NCBI GenBank assembly: GCA_965249575.1
Contig: OZ252244.1
Span: 256,001-320,000, forward strand
DNA length: 64,000 nt
Direction: 5' to 3'
Source of the DNA: Gemmatimonadales bacterium
GTDB taxonomy: Bacteria; Gemmatimonadota; Gemmatimonadetes; Gemmatimonadales; GWC2-71-9
Part shown: piece after piece, positions 28,212 through 39,052 of the stretch
Position numbering within the stretch: position 1 is the first letter of the stretch
Layout of the letters: each line of letters begins with the position of its first letter
Position numbers and translations under genes: made by a program
Notes under the pieces: generated by a model
What the model saw: only the letters and a program-made list of their open reading frames with translations
Databases searched by the model: none
Told to the model about the DNA's origin: nothing

Positions 28212-29578
28212 GCCGCCGCCCCCGTGAGCAGAGAAAGGAGTTTGGGACCCACCTGCGTGATATCGCCCGCGCCCAGCGTGAGCACGACGTCGCCGTCCGA
28301 AACGATCTCGACCAGGCGTGCCGGCAGCTGCCCGCCCTCCGGCACCCACTCGACCGTCGCCCCTGCTCGCCGTGCCGCCCTCGCTACGATCGTTCCACTC
28401 ACACCCGAGATAGGTTTTTCCCGAGCACCGTAGATCTCGGTTACCACGGCTACATCGGCCGTGGAGAGCGCCACACCCATCTGCGTGCCAAGCGCTTGGG
28501 TTCGAGTGTACAAGTGAGGCTGGAAGACCGCCACGAGCCGGGATTTGGGGAAGCGTTGTCTGGCGGCGGCGATCGTGGCCACGACCTCCGACGGGTGGTG
28601 GGCGTAGTCGTCCACCACTGAGATCCCGCGAACCGTGCCGAGCGGCTCGAACCGGCGGCCCACTCCCTGAAACGTGGCGAGGGCCGCGAGCGCGGGCTCC
28701 ACCGCCCCTCCCAATGCCAGTACAGCCCCTAACGCCATAGCCGCATTCCGGAGGTTGTGGAGGCCGGGCTGGGACACCGTTAGCTCGGTCACGTCCCCGT
28801 CGGGGAGCGTCACCCGAGCCCGGCTCACCCGTGGGTCGCTGCGCACATCCGAGAGACGGATATCGGCTGCCTCCGCCACGCCTACCAGCCACACCGGAGA
28901 CGTCAGCGACCGGGCCACCCTCCGCGCGCCCGCGTCGTCGGCCCCCACCAACACCCGCCGGGCGGGGTAGGCGAACAGACCGAAGCTCGTTTCCAGCTGC
29001 TCGAGCGAGCCATAACACTCCAAGTGATCCGCTTCGACGTTGTTGACGATCGCAACCTCGGGCTTGAGCGAAAGGAACGCGCGGTCATATTCGTCGGCCT
29101 CCACCACAAACAGCCGGTCACTCCCCACCCGAGCGTTGCCCTCCCAGGCCGCCACGTGGCCGCCCGCGATGCCGGTGGGGTGGCGCCCGGTGGCTGCGAT
29201 CGCCTCGGTCGCCATCGCCGTGGTCGTGGTCTTGCCGTGGGTCCCGCTGACCCCCACCACCACGCCCTCGGAAACGATCTCCTGGAGCGCAGCGGCACGG
29301 GCGATCACTGGCACACCTGCCCGGGCCGCGGCCTGTAGCTCGGGATGATCCTGGGGGACCGCGGCGGTGTGGACGACCGCCCTCGCACCGTCAATGTGGC
29401 TTGGGTCGTGCCTATCGAAGATCGTGGATCCGGCGGCCCGCGCACCAGCGATGTCGGCGTCACATCCGGTGACGTTGACACCGCGGCTCCGGGCAATGAG
29501 AGCGAGCGCGCTCATTCCCGCACCTGCGATTCCCATGAAATGGATGGGTCGGGAATCCGCCGGGGTGAAGAGATGCAT
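28208..29578 (-). CDS. murC: UDP-N-acetylmuramate--L-alanine ligase
   Basis: HFMGIAGAGMS, GTHGKTTT, VEADEYD, DDYAHHP, FQPH. Confidence 0.96.
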   Translation of the reverse strand: MHLFTPADSRPIHFMGIAGAGMSALALIARSRGVNVTGCDADIAGARAAGSTIFDRHDPSHIDGARAVVHTAAVPQDHPELQAAARAGVPVIARAAALQEIVSEGVVVGVSGTHGKTTTTAMATEAIAATGRHPTGIAGGHVAAWEGNARVGSDRLFVVEADEYDRAFLSLKPEVAIVNNVEADHLECYGSLEQLETSFGLFAYPARRVLVGADDAGARRVARSLTSPVWLVGVAEAADIRLSDVRSDPRVSRARVTLPDGDVTELTVSQPGLHNLRNAAMALGAVLALGGAVEPALAALATFQGVGRRFEPLGTVRGISVVDDYAHHPSEVVATIAAARQRFPKSRLVAVFQPHLYTRTQALGTQMGVALSTADVAVVTEIYGAREKPISGVSGTIVARAARRAGATVEWVPEGGQLPARLVEIVSDGDVVLTLGAGDITQVGPKLLSLLTGAAA

Positions 29579-29629
29579 CGGTGGGCAAAAAATATAAGGC
29601 GAAGTCGAAAGTTCCGAAAGGGTCTACAC

Positions 29630-30724
29630 TTAGCTCACTCCCTCCAGGAGCGCAGCAACGATCTTCCGGGCCGCATCCGGAGCCCCGCGGGCGGCGGCGG
29701 CTGACCCCATCTGAGCCATCCTGGCCGGGTCCCGTAGTAGCTCCTGCACCGTCGTTGCCAGGGAGCGCCCGCCGAGGCCTTCCTCCGGCACATGGATGGC
29801 CGCTCCCGAGCGGGCCATGGCTCGGGCGTTGTGGGTCTGATGCCCGCCGGCCGCAGTGCCGAGAGGAACGAGAATGGAGGGGAGGCTACAGGCACAGATG
29901 TCGGCGATGGTCATGGCACCGGCCCGGGCCACCACCAAATCGGCGGCCTCAAGGGCCTCTGCAAGGGGATCCCAGAACGGACGGAGCTGTCTCAGCGGTG
30001 GCTGGTGATGTGTCTTGAAGCCCTCCCAATGTACCGGCCCCGTGCTCCATAGCACCGTGACATCAGCCAGCTCCTCGAGGTCGAGGGCCTTGCCGACTGC
30101 CTGGTTAATGATCAGGGACCCCTGACTCCCGCCAGTAACCAGCACGACCTGGGCGTCGGGTCGAATTCCGAGATGGGCGCGTCCCGCCGCGCGCCCGCCG
30201 TCGGCGGGCCGTGTTCTCGAGGAGACGGGATTGCCGTACGCGAAGACCGCGGTGGTAGGTCCAGTCGTGAGCGCCTCCTTGGCCTCCGGAAAACCGAGAT
30301 GCAGCTGTCGCGCGCGGCGGGCGAGCAACCTAGTCGTGAGGCCTGGTACCGCATTCTGTTCTTGGAGCGCAATCGGGAGGCCTCGTCGGACCGCGGAGAA
30401 TAGGACAGGGCCCGCCGCGTAGCCGCCTGTCCCGACGACAAGGCTGGGGCGCTCGAGATCGAGTACCTCGCGGCACTCGCGGAGCACCCGCCCCGCGAGA
30501 GAGGGCCAGCGCAGGTTCCGCCACAGGGCGCGACGGTGGATGGGTTCGGTGGACAGCAGATAGTAGCGGTAATCCCGCTCGGGAAGCAGGAGGCGCTCCA
30601 CGCCGCGCTCTGCACCGACGAGTACCGGCTCGACGTCGCTTCGAGCGGCGCGGAACGCCTCCGCGAGCGCCAGCGCAGGCATGAGATGCCCGCCTGTCCC
30701 GCCGCCAGCGAGCACGACTCTCAC
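29630..30724 (-). CDS. murG: N-acetylglucosaminyl transferase MurG
   Basis: AGGGTGGH, GTGGYAAGP, EQNA, GGSQG, RAGA. Confidence 0.96.
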   Translation of the reverse strand: MRVVLAGGGTGGHLMPALALAEAFRAARSDVEPVLVGAERGVERLLLPERDYRYYLLSTEPIHRRALWRNLRWPSLAGRVLRECREVLDLERPSLVVGTGGYAAGPVLFSAVRRGLPIALQEQNAVPGLTTRLLARRARQLHLGFPEAKEALTTGPTTAVFAYGNPVSSRTRPADGGRAAGRAHLGIRPDAQVVLVTGGSQGSLIINQAVGKALDLEELADVTVLWSTGPVHWEGFKTHHQPPLRQLRPFWDPLAEALEAADLVVARAGAMTIADICACSLPSILVPLGTAAGGHQTHNARAMARSGAAIHVPEEGLGGRSLATTVQELLRDPARMAQMGSAAAARGAPDAARKIVAALLEGVS

Positions 30725-31863
30725 GAACGCGCCCGACTCGCTCCGCGGCGATTCCCGATACTGACGATGACCCCGGTAGCAAGCAGCGAAATGAAGAGAT
30801 TGGAACGACCGTACGATACGAACGGGAGCGGGAGGCCGGTGGTTGGCACCAGCGCCAGTGTTACGGCGATATGCAGGATAGCTGTGACACCGACCATCGC
30901 CGTCAATCCCGTCGCCAGCAGCAGGCCGAACCGGTCTGAAGCGGTACGCGCGATCCGCAGCCCAACTCCGATGTAGAGGGCGAATAGCAGAACCACCAAA
31001 CCGCCCCCGACGAATCCCCATTCCTCGCCGATCGTGCTGAAGATGAAGTCCGAGTACGCATAGGGGAGGTAACCGAGTTTCTGCAATCCCTCGCCGAATC
31101 CAACTCCAAACCAGCGGCCCGAACCGATCCCCAGCAGCGACTGCGAGACCTGCCAGCTCGAATCGGCAGCGTCAGCGCCCGGGCTCAGGAACGTCAGCAC
31201 CCTCGTCAGCTGATACTGGGCACCTTGAATCTCCCGCCACACGACAGGCACGCCAATCAGGCCGATCACGAGAAAGTGCCCCACCCGCGCGCCAGCGGTG
31301 AACAGGACAATCCCAACGATCAGGACCAACAACGCCGCGGTGGACAAGTCGGGCTCGAAGACGATCAGGAGCGCGGTTGGAAGAACGATAACGATGAACG
31401 GCAGCAACCCGTGCCTGAGATCTCGAATCTGGGCCCCCTTCTTCGTCGCGAGCATCGACACCCAAACGACCGCCGCGAATTTGGCGAACTCTGACGGTTG
31501 CACGATCACGACGCCGACATCCACCCAGCGCCGGGCGCCGTTGATCTCGGGCGCGATCGCCCCGGTGCCGGGCACGTACGGCACAAGCAGAAGCACGAGT
31601 GCCCCGCCGAGGAGCGGCCACGCCAGCCGCTGCCACACGTGGTAGTCGACGCGCGCAGCGATGAGCAGGCCTCCGACACCCAGAACCCCGCCAATCAATT
31701 GGCGGAGCGCGAACCACGAACCGACGCGCCCGGCTTGTACGGCCGCAATGCTCGAGGCGCCATACACCGCCGCGATACCGAACGCCAGCAGGCTACACGC
31801 GACGATGCCGATCAGGCGCGCGTCCCACGCTCCCGGGAGCCGCGACAGGGGCGCTGCGGTCAT
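30721..31863 (-). CDS. ftsW: Peptidoglycan polymerase FtsW
   Basis: GARRW, QPSEFAK, EPDL, SDFIF, LPFVSYG. Confidence 0.95.
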   Translation of the reverse strand: MTAAPLSRLPGAWDARLIGIVACSLLAFGIAAVYGASSIAAVQAGRVGSWFALRQLIGGVLGVGGLLIAARVDYHVWQRLAWPLLGGALVLLLVPYVPGTGAIAPEINGARRWVDVGVVIVQPSEFAKFAAVVWVSMLATKKGAQIRDLRHGLLPFIVIVLPTALLIVFEPDLSTAALLVLIVGIVLFTAGARVGHFLVIGLIGVPVVWREIQGAQYQLTRVLTFLSPGADAADSSWQVSQSLLGIGSGRWFGVGFGEGLQKLGYLPYAYSDFIFSTIGEEWGFVGGGLVVLLFALYIGVGLRIARTASDRFGLLLATGLTAMVGVTAILHIAVTLALVPTTGLPLPFVSYGRSNLFISLLATGVIVSIGNRRGASRARS

Positions 31864-33206
31864 TCGCGCGTCACCAGCCCCCGAAAGGCCTCACCGCGCT
31901 CTTCGAACCCGCTGAACTGATCGAAGCTGCTGCAGCCAGGCGAGAGCAACACGGAGTCCCCTGGCAGGGCGAGCCGCTCGGCAAGTCGAACGGCAGCTTC
32001 GAACCGTTCGGCGATCTCCACCCGAGTCGTCTTCGCAAGGGCGCGCTCAATGGACGCCGCAGCCTCCCCGTACGCCACGACCGCCCTGCATCGCGTGCCG
32101 ATGTCCGTGCCGAGTGAGCCGAAGTCCTCGCCCTTCGAGCGCCCGCCCAGGATTAACACGCACGAGCCCTCCACCGCACGCAGTGCCACCCGCACCGACG
32201 CGGCGTTGGTAGCCTTCGAGTCGTTCAGCCATTGAATGCCACCGATCGCCGCCACGGGCTCAAGCCGGTGTGGGAGTGGTTGGAACGACTCGAGCCCCGC
32301 CGTGAGCGCGGACGGATCGACGCCAGCCGCGCAAGCCGCCAGCGCCGCGGCTAGGGCGTTGGCAATGTTGTGATCCCCGAGTAGTGCGAGGCGCGGGCGC
32401 GGCAGGACACCGGTTTCGTGAACGATCAGCCATTCAGCGTCGCGGTCGAACCACGCCGCGCTTTCCCGCTTCAGACTCCACTCCACGTGGTGTCCACGCA
32501 CACCACGCGCGAGCTTTCGCGCCGCCGCGTCGTCCCCGTTGATTACCCAGGTGGATTCATCCGTCGCATTGCGAAACAGCTGGCGCTTGTCGCCGTGATA
32601 CTCATCGACCGATGCATACCGATCCATGTGATCAGAGGCCAAGTTCGTCAGGACGCCGACAGCCGGCGAAAGGTGAGGGGCGTCGTGGAGCTGAAAAGAC
32701 GAGGCCTCAACGGCAACCCAGTCGGGAGATGTCAGATCGCCGGCCAGCTCCACGAGCGGGCGCCCGATATTGCCAGCGGCGACCGCTCGGATGCCGGCGC
32801 TCGTCAGCAGATGTGCGATCAGCGTGGTCGTGGTGGTCTTACCGTTGGTTCCCGTGACAACGATTAGGCGGGAGCCCGTGAGGGCGCCGGCGCCGAGGTC
32901 GAGCTCAGAGACGATCTGGACGCCGGCAGCGCGGGCGGCCGCCAGCGGCGGGGCCCCGGGCGGAACGCCCGGGGAGACGATCAGGGCGGAGGCTCGTTGA
33001 ATGCGCTTCACATCGTGACCCCCGAACTCGACGCTGACTCCGGGGCCCGCCAGGGCGAGTGCGCGGTCCCGTCCTCGAGGACACTGCGCGACGTCGGACG
33101 CGTAGACGGGGACTCCCTGGCCTGCCAGGTACTCGACTGCGGCGACGCCCGACCGCGCCAAGCCAATGACCGCAACCTCCCCTTCACGCCATCTGGCGGA
33201 GATCAC
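31860..33206 (-). CDS. murD: UDP-MurNAc-L-Ala--D-glutamate ligase
   Basis: SPGVP, TGTNGKTTT, EASSFQL, NDSKATN, SPGCSSFDQF. Confidence 0.96.
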   Translation of the reverse strand: MISARWREGEVAVIGLARSGVAAVEYLAGQGVPVYASDVAQCPRGRDRALALAGPGVSVEFGGHDVKRIQRASALIVSPGVPPGAPPLAAARAAGVQIVSELDLGAGALTGSRLIVVTGTNGKTTTTTLIAHLLTSAGIRAVAAGNIGRPLVELAGDLTSPDWVAVEASSFQLHDAPHLSPAVGVLTNLASDHMDRYASVDEYHGDKRQLFRNATDESTWVINGDDAAARKLARGVRGHHVEWSLKRESAAWFDRDAEWLIVHETGVLPRPRLALLGDHNIANALAAALAACAAGVDPSALTAGLESFQPLPHRLEPVAAIGGIQWLNDSKATNAASVRVALRAVEGSCVLILGGRSKGEDFGSLGTDIGTRCRAVVAYGEAAASIERALAKTTRVEIAERFEAAVRLAERLALPGDSVLLSPGCSSFDQFSGFEERGEAFRGLVTRE

Positions 33207-34324
33207 CGGATCTTCAGCGTGGACAGGGCAAACAGCGCACACAGGATGCCCAAGATATAGAAACGGGTAACGACTTTCGGTTCCGCCCACCCCACCCGCT
33301 CGAAATGGTGGTGGAGCGGGGCCATGCGGAAGAAGCGGTGCTGCTCCGCATAGGTGCGGCCATGGCTGCGCCGCTGCATGCGGAAGACTCCCGTTTGAAT
33401 GATGACCGAGACCGCTTCCGCGGCGAACACGCCGCCGACGAGTAACAGCAAGAACTCCGACTTGAGCAGAATCGCCACCGTCCCGAATGCCCCTCCGATC
33501 GCGAGACTACCGGTGTCGCCCATGAACACCTGGGCCGGGTGGGCGTTGTACCATAGGAAGCCTAGGGCCGCGCCCATCAGGCTGCCGCAGAACACGGTCA
33601 GCTCGCCCGAGCCCCGCAAGTAGTACACGTTCAGGTACTCGGACGCGTCGACGCGGCCGAAGATGTACGCGAAGATCGCGAATGCCGCGGCCGCAATCAC
33701 CGTGAGTCCCGCCGCCAGGCCGTCGAGACCGTCGGTCAGGTTCACCGCGTTGCTCGAGGATGTGACGACCAAGGTTACGAAGAGCACGTAGACTACGGGA
33801 GGTAACACCACCAGCACGTATTTGAAGAACGGCAGCGTGGTGGCGTTCGGCGGCAGGTCGTTCGCCAAGGGGAAGAACAACAGGTACGCCCCCAGGCCCA
33901 CCCCGAACGTGATCTGGCCGACGAGCTTGTACCGCGCGATGAGCCCGCGGGATTTCCCCTCGACGAACTTCAAGTAATCGTCGATCAGCCCGATGCAGCC
34001 CATCCACAGCGTGGCCAGCACCGCCACGAATACGTACCGGTTGTCCCAGCGAGCCCACAGCAGGGTCGGAATCCCCATGCTGATCAGAATGATGACGCCA
34101 CCCATCGTCGGCGTACCGCGCTTGGCCTGATGGGAAGCCGGGCCGTCAGCACGCACGATCTGCCCGAGGTTGCGCTCCTTCAGGTACCGGATCGTGGACG
34201 GGCCGAAGAGGAACACGAGGAATACCGCCGTCGCGGTAGCACCGGCAGCACGAAACGTGATGTAGTTGAAGAGATTGAAGACCTGATAGTCGTCGGCCAG
34301 AGGAGCTAGGAAGTGATAGAGCAC
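33203..34324 (-). CDS. mraY: Phospho-MurNAc-pentapeptide transferase
   Basis: KRGTPTMGG, NAVNLTDGLDG, FMGDTGS, MAPLHHHFE. Confidence 0.98.
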   Translation of the reverse strand: MLYHFLAPLADDYQVFNLFNYITFRAAGATATAVFLVFLFGPSTIRYLKERNLGQIVRADGPASHQAKRGTPTMGGVIILISMGIPTLLWARWDNRYVFVAVLATLWMGCIGLIDDYLKFVEGKSRGLIARYKLVGQITFGVGLGAYLLFFPLANDLPPNATTLPFFKYVLVVLPPVVYVLFVTLVVTSSSNAVNLTDGLDGLAAGLTVIAAAAFAIFAYIFGRVDASEYLNVYYLRGSGELTVFCGSLMGAALGFLWYNAHPAQVFMGDTGSLAIGGAFGTVAILLKSEFLLLLVGGVFAAEAVSVIIQTGVFRMQRRSHGRTYAEQHRFFRMAPLHHHFERVGWAEPKVVTRFYILGILCALFALSTLKIR

Positions 34325-35670
34325 GGGACCGCTGACTGAGGGATGAGGTGGGAGACGGCGCGCTCGAAGTGCACGCCGCGGGAGGCCTTCAGGAGAACGA
34401 GCTCGTCTCCCCGGAGGCGCCGGGCGAGGGTGCGCCCGACGGACTCAGCGTCGCCAACGGGGACGAGCCGCTTGCCAAGCCGAGCAGCATGGCGGGCAAA
34501 AGCAGGTGTAAAATCTCCAGTACACACGATCAGGTCCGGTTTCGATTCCACGACGTCTTCAGCCACCCGCTCATGCAGCGCCTCGCTGTCTGATCCCAGT
34601 TCGAGCATGGTCCCGATCCCGATGGCGAGCCGACGCTTGCCGCGCATCGCGCCCGCCGTGGCCAGCGCCGCGGCCACTGACGCGGGATTCGCGTTGTATG
34701 CGTCGTACAGTATGACGAGGTCGCCTGACCGCAAGATCTCACAACGGCCATGCGGGAGCCGAACTGCGGCGAGTGCCGCCGCTACTCGCCGCAGATCGAG
34801 CTCCAGCTCCTCGGCCAGCGCGAGCGCCAGCAACGCGTTCTCAGCTTGGTGACGTCCCGCCACGGGAAGCGCGGCACTGTGCCCGCGAAATCGGATCGTC
34901 GCCCGCACCTCGGCGTCTACCGTGCACGCCTCGGGGCGGACATCGGCCCAATCTGCGAAGCCCACTATCCGGGCACGCTGAGCGAGTTGCCTCGCGGCCT
35001 CTCCCAACGCCAACGGTTCGGTTCCCACGAGCGCAAGCGGCGCCGACCGCGCGAGTTCGGCCTTCTCGACAAGCACCTGTTCAATCGTACCGAAGCCGGC
35101 CAAGTGGCCCGCACTGATGTTCGTCACCACGGCGACAGATGGCTCGAGCACATCGCGCAGGCGGGCGATCTCACCCGGCACATTCGCGCCGCACTCCACG
35201 ACCAGCGCGTCGCAGTCTTCGGGCGCCTCGAGGAGCGTGAGGGGAACACCCACCAGATTATTCTGGTTTTCCACGGTCGCATGGACGCGAAACTTCGTGC
35301 CCAGGACGGACTCAACCATCGTGCGCGTCGTCGTCTTGCCGTTCGTGCCGGTGATACCGACAACCGGGCCACGGACTCGCCGGCGGCGGGCCCGCCCCAG
35401 CCTACCGAGAGCGTCGAGCGTGTCATCCACCTCGAACAGGGGAAGCCCCTCCAGAGGCGGCGTCCCGCGGCGGACGACCGCACCCGATGCGCCGGCCCGT
35501 TTTGCCGCGTCCAGAAAGTCGTGTGCGTCGAACCGCTCGCCCTCGAGCGCGACGAACAGCGCACCGGGTTCGAGGGTCCGGGTGTCCGTGCGGATCGACG
35601 CGAAGGACTGAACGGGAGCGGAGTCGAGTCCGAGCGCCCGCGCTACATCAGTCCCGCTCCAACGACTCAC
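34306..35670 (-). CDS. murF: UDP-MurNAc-tripeptide--D-Ala-D-Ala ligase
   Basis: GERFDAHDF, GTNGKTTT, NNLVGVP, DAYNANP, KASRG. Confidence 0.95.
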   Translation of the reverse strand: MSRWSGTDVARALGLDSAPVQSFASIRTDTRTLEPGALFVALEGERFDAHDFLDAAKRAGASGAVVRRGTPPLEGLPLFEVDDTLDALGRLGRARRRRVRGPVVGITGTNGKTTTRTMVESVLGTKFRVHATVENQNNLVGVPLTLLEAPEDCDALVVECGANVPGEIARLRDVLEPSVAVVTNISAGHLAGFGTIEQVLVEKAELARSAPLALVGTEPLALGEAARQLAQRARIVGFADWADVRPEACTVDAEVRATIRFRGHSAALPVAGRHQAENALLALALAEELELDLRRVAAALAAVRLPHGRCEILRSGDLVILYDAYNANPASVAAALATAGAMRGKRRLAIGIGTMLELGSDSEALHERVAEDVVESKPDLIVCTGDFTPAFARHAARLGKRLVPVGDAESVGRTLARRLRGDELVLLKASRGVHFERAVSHLIPQSAVPCSITS

Positions 35671-37133
35671 GTTCGCTCCCGCTCGGCCACCAGCTCCCTG
35701 ACGACCTCTCGCTCGTCAAACGGGCGTTTCTCCGTGCCGACCACTTGATAGGTCTCGTGCCCCTTGCCGGCCAGGAGGAGGCAGTCCCCGGGGTCGAGTA
35801 GTGGTATGGCACGTTCGATCGCTTCGCGCCGGTCGGTAATGCGCAGGTGGTCGGTACCCGCCATGCCCTCCTCGATCTCATCGATTATGCAATCAGGGTC
35901 TTCAGTGCGAGGATTGTCCGACGTGGCGATGGCGAGATCGGCCCCGTCGGCGGCGATGCGCCCCATCACGGGACGCTTGGCCCGATCGCGGTCCCCGCCA
36001 CACCCGAACAGCACGACGAGTCGCCCCGGAGTTATAGCACGGAGAGTCTTGATCGCCCGATCGAGCGCGTCCGGTGTGTGCGAGTAGTCGCGCAAAATCA
36101 CCCATCCGTCGGCTGCTATTTTCTCGAGGCGCCCGGGAACCTGCGGAGCCTCAGCCAGGCAGGCAACAATGGTCTCAGGGTCCCGCTTGAGAGCCCAAGC
36201 GAGCGCGCAGCCTGCCAGTACGTTGCTGACGTTGAACGCCCCAATGAGCGGCGTCGTGGCCCGAAGCTGCGCGGATCCGAAGGTCAGCACCATCGTCGTG
36301 GACTCCGCCCCCAGCTCGATCCCACGCGCGTGTACGTGACAGCCACCGACTGTCCCATACCGCACCCGCCGAAGTCTCGGGTCCTCGGGCAACTCGTCCC
36401 ATGCCGAGTCGTCGGCATTGACGATCTCCATTCCGCCGTCTCGCACAGCCCCGGACAACCGCATCTTCGCTTCCCGGTACGCTCCCATGTCCCCGTGGTA
36501 GTCCAGGTGGTCGTGTGAGAGGTTCGTGTAAACGCCCGCACGAAGCTGCAGCCCTTCGATTCGGCGTTGGTCCAGAGCGTGGGAGGATACTTCCACGATC
36601 GTGGTGCGCACGCCCTCCCGGGCCAGACGGGACAGGGTGTCGTACAGATCGAACACGCCGGGTGTGGTGAGCGTGGGCGCGTTCGGGAGGGGTTGCTCTG
36701 CCCCGTCCACGGTTCCCAGAGTCCCAATCGATCCAGCGGTGTTCCCCTCATTCAGGAGGTGCCGGCTGAGCACCACCGTCGTGGACTTCCCGTTCGTTCC
36801 CGTCACCCCGACCAGATCCATCGCGCGCTCGGGATGTCCATACCACTCACCGGCGATGAGCGCCGCCGCGGTACGGCTGTCCTTCACCTGCACCTGCGGG
36901 ATTGGCACGTCTTGCGGATGCATCACGATCGCGGCGGTCGCCCCGCGCTGAACTGCGTCCGCGACAAAGCGATGGCCGTCGTCGGCCGACCCCGGAATGG
37001 CGCAAAACAGGCCACCGGTCACCACACGTCGTGAATCATCTGTGACCCCGTGCAGCGGAGGCGAGCGGTCCGGAGCACTCACGACTTGGCCAGCCCGCTC
37101 GAGCGCCCACACGATCCGATCCAAGTCGGTCAT
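35667..37133 (-). CDS. murE: UDP-MurNAc-dipeptide--diaminopimelate ligase
   Basis: GTNGKST, EVSSH, DHLDYH, GCGGDRD, DNPR (meso-DAP type), GKGHE. Confidence 0.96.
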   Translation of the reverse strand: MTDLDRIVWALERAGQVVSAPDRSPPLHGVTDDSRRVVTGGLFCAIPGSADDGHRFVADAVQRGATAAIVMHPQDVPIPQVQVKDSRTAAALIAGEWYGHPERAMDLVGVTGTNGKSTTVVLSRHLLNEGNTAGSIGTLGTVDGAEQPLPNAPTLTTPGVFDLYDTLSRLAREGVRTTIVEVSSHALDQRRIEGLQLRAGVYTNLSHDHLDYHGDMGAYREAKMRLSGAVRDGGMEIVNADDSAWDELPEDPRLRRVRYGTVGGCHVHARGIELGAESTTMVLTFGSAQLRATTPLIGAFNVSNVLAGCALAWALKRDPETIVACLAEAPQVPGRLEKIAADGWVILRDYSHTPDALDRAIKTLRAITPGRLVVLFGCGGDRDRAKRPVMGRIAADGADLAIATSDNPRTEDPDCIIDEIEEGMAGTDHLRITDRREAIERAIPLLDPGDCLLLAGKGHETYQVVGTEKRPFDEREVVRELVAERERT

Positions 37134-39049
37134 CTGCCGTCCCGCGCAACGAGACGGACGACGGCTCCAGGCGGCACGCGCGCACCGGGATCCGGGTGGA
37201 CTTCGACGACACGTCCCCACCCGCGGACATCGACCGACACCCCCTCACGATGCAATCGTCCTACCGCGGCGCGCAGGCTCATCCCGATGACATCGGGCAC
37301 GACTTTCGGCTCGGGCGGCATCGCGGTGCGCTTAGTCGGCCACGCGACGATATGAGGAACAGTTCCGGCATCCAACAGGGGATTCGGTCGAGGGGCAGTC
37401 CGGGTCCCGGCCAGCTCAGCCCTGTCGAGGCTCCCCGAGCGAGCCGCGAGAAGCTGCTCGATCACGGCTCGGGTCACGGGCGCGGCCGTCACCCGGGCGT
37501 ACACGCCCTTGGGATCGTCGAGCTTCACTACCATCACCAATTGCGGCCGGTCTGCCGGGAACATGGACGCGAAGCTCGCGGTGTAAGAACCTGGAATGTA
37601 CCCCCCCCGGCCCGATCGCCGTGCCGTACCGGTCTTGCCGGCAATCTCATCGCTCGTGAGGGCGGCTGTCGTACCGGTTCCGCCGGCGTACACCACGTCA
37701 CGGAGCATTTTTCTGAGTTCCCGTGCAACCTCGGGCGTCACGACTTGCCGCACCGGCGCGGGCACATGCTCGTACACTACACGCCCACTCGCATCGCGCA
37801 CCAACTTCAGGAGCGTGGGCTGCAACAACACACCATCGTATGCGATGGCGGCATACGCCTGGGCGAGCTGTAATGGCGTAACCGCCACCTCATAACCCAT
37901 CGCGAGACTAGCCGCCGACGTACCGCTCCACTGGTGCGGACGAGGCAGGAGCCCACGCGACTCCGCAGGGAACTCGACGCCCGTCTGGGAGCCGAGTCCG
38001 AAGTCTCGTAGCGTTTCGTACAGTTCCGCAGGCGTCAGGCGCGATGCGAATTTGACGATCCCGATGTTGCTGGAAACGGCAACGGCACGCCGCAAAGTCA
38101 GGCGCACCTCTGCATGCTCGTCCCGGATCGTGCGCCGGCCCAGTCGGTAGACGCCATTCTCCCCCTTCACCGCGTCGGAGGGTCCTACACGGCTTCTCAT
38201 CAGCAGGCCCGCGGCAGCGAAGAGTTTCGCGGTCGATCCGGGCTCGAAGACCGAAGTGAAGGCCGACGGTGGTGCACCTCCGTCCGCGCGGCGTGAGGCC
38301 ACGGCAAGGAGCTCGCCACTCTCCGGCTCGATGACTACGATATCACCCCCGTCGGCCTCAAATCGCTCGATCGCGTCTTCCAGCGCGCGTTCGACGATGT
38401 CCTGTAGCTCCGCGTCGATCGTGAGCGTGACGTCGTGCCCCGGTCTTGGGAATGCGTCGAGACGAGACGGAGATTCGTACCGCCGGCCGCGCCCATCCCG
38501 GATGACGACCGCGGCGCCCGGCGCCCCAGCGAGTAGCGAATCCAGTGACCGCTCGAGACCGTCTGCCGGCCGGCCTTCGGCTTCTGGCCGACCCAGGATG
38601 GCACGCGCCAGGTCGGGATCGGGATGGAATCGGATCAACTCGCCCGTAAGGTGCACACCACGCACGGACGTGAGGGTCTGGACCTGACTCGACGTAAAGG
38701 GACCGTGGAAATAGGCATATCGTCGCCGTAACGCACGACCGACCTGCCCCCTGGAGAGGCCAAGATGCGTCGCGATGGTGCGAGCGTCTTTTGCCTGGTC
38801 TCGCAACTCATTCGGAGCGACACCCACGTGATACACTTCCTGCGTCAACGCCAGTGGGGTCCCACTCCGATCGAAGATGGCTCCGCGACGGCCCGGCAGC
38901 ACGACGCGTTCGGTTCGTCGTGCCTCGGCCTCGGCCGCCAAGTCCACGCCTCGAATGAGCTGAACCTGGACCATCTTGGCAAGGAGGCCGACGATGCCCA
39001 GACCAAACGCGATCTCGACGACTCGGAGCCGCACCGCCGGCTTCGCCAC
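37130..39049 (-). CDS. ftsI: Division transpeptidase PBP3 with C-terminal PASTA domain
   Basis: EPGSTAK (SxxK), SSN, KTGT motifs. Confidence 0.92.
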   Translation of the reverse strand: MAKPAVRLRVVEIAFGLGIVGLLAKMVQVQLIRGVDLAAEAEARRTERVVLPGRRGAIFDRSGTPLALTQEVYHVGVAPNELRDQAKDARTIATHLGLSRGQVGRALRRRYAYFHGPFTSSQVQTLTSVRGVHLTGELIRFHPDPDLARAILGRPEAEGRPADGLERSLDSLLAGAPGAAVVIRDGRGRRYESPSRLDAFPRPGHDVTLTIDAELQDIVERALEDAIERFEADGGDIVVIEPESGELLAVASRRADGGAPPSAFTSVFEPGSTAKLFAAAGLLMRSRVGPSDAVKGENGVYRLGRRTIRDEHAEVRLTLRRAVAVSSNIGIVKFASRLTPAELYETLRDFGLGSQTGVEFPAESRGLLPRPHQWSGTSAASLAMGYEVAVTPLQLAQAYAAIAYDGVLLQPTLLKLVRDASGRVVYEHVPAPVRQVVTPEVARELRKMLRDVVYAGGTGTTAALTSDEIAGKTGTARRSGRGGYIPGSYTASFASMFPADRPQLVMVVKLDDPKGVYARVTAAPVTRAVIEQLLAARSGSLDRAELAGTRTAPRPNPLLDAGTVPHIVAWPTKRTAMPPEPKVVPDVIGMSLRAAVGRLHREGVSVDVRGWGRVVEVHPDPGARVPPGAVVRLVARDGR

Positions 39050-39052
39050 CTC

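Noticed and set aside
28212..29018. Long N-terminal extension of ftsQ in the ORF track
   Set aside because: Overlaps murC out of frame; the GTG at 28211 gives a normal FtsQ.
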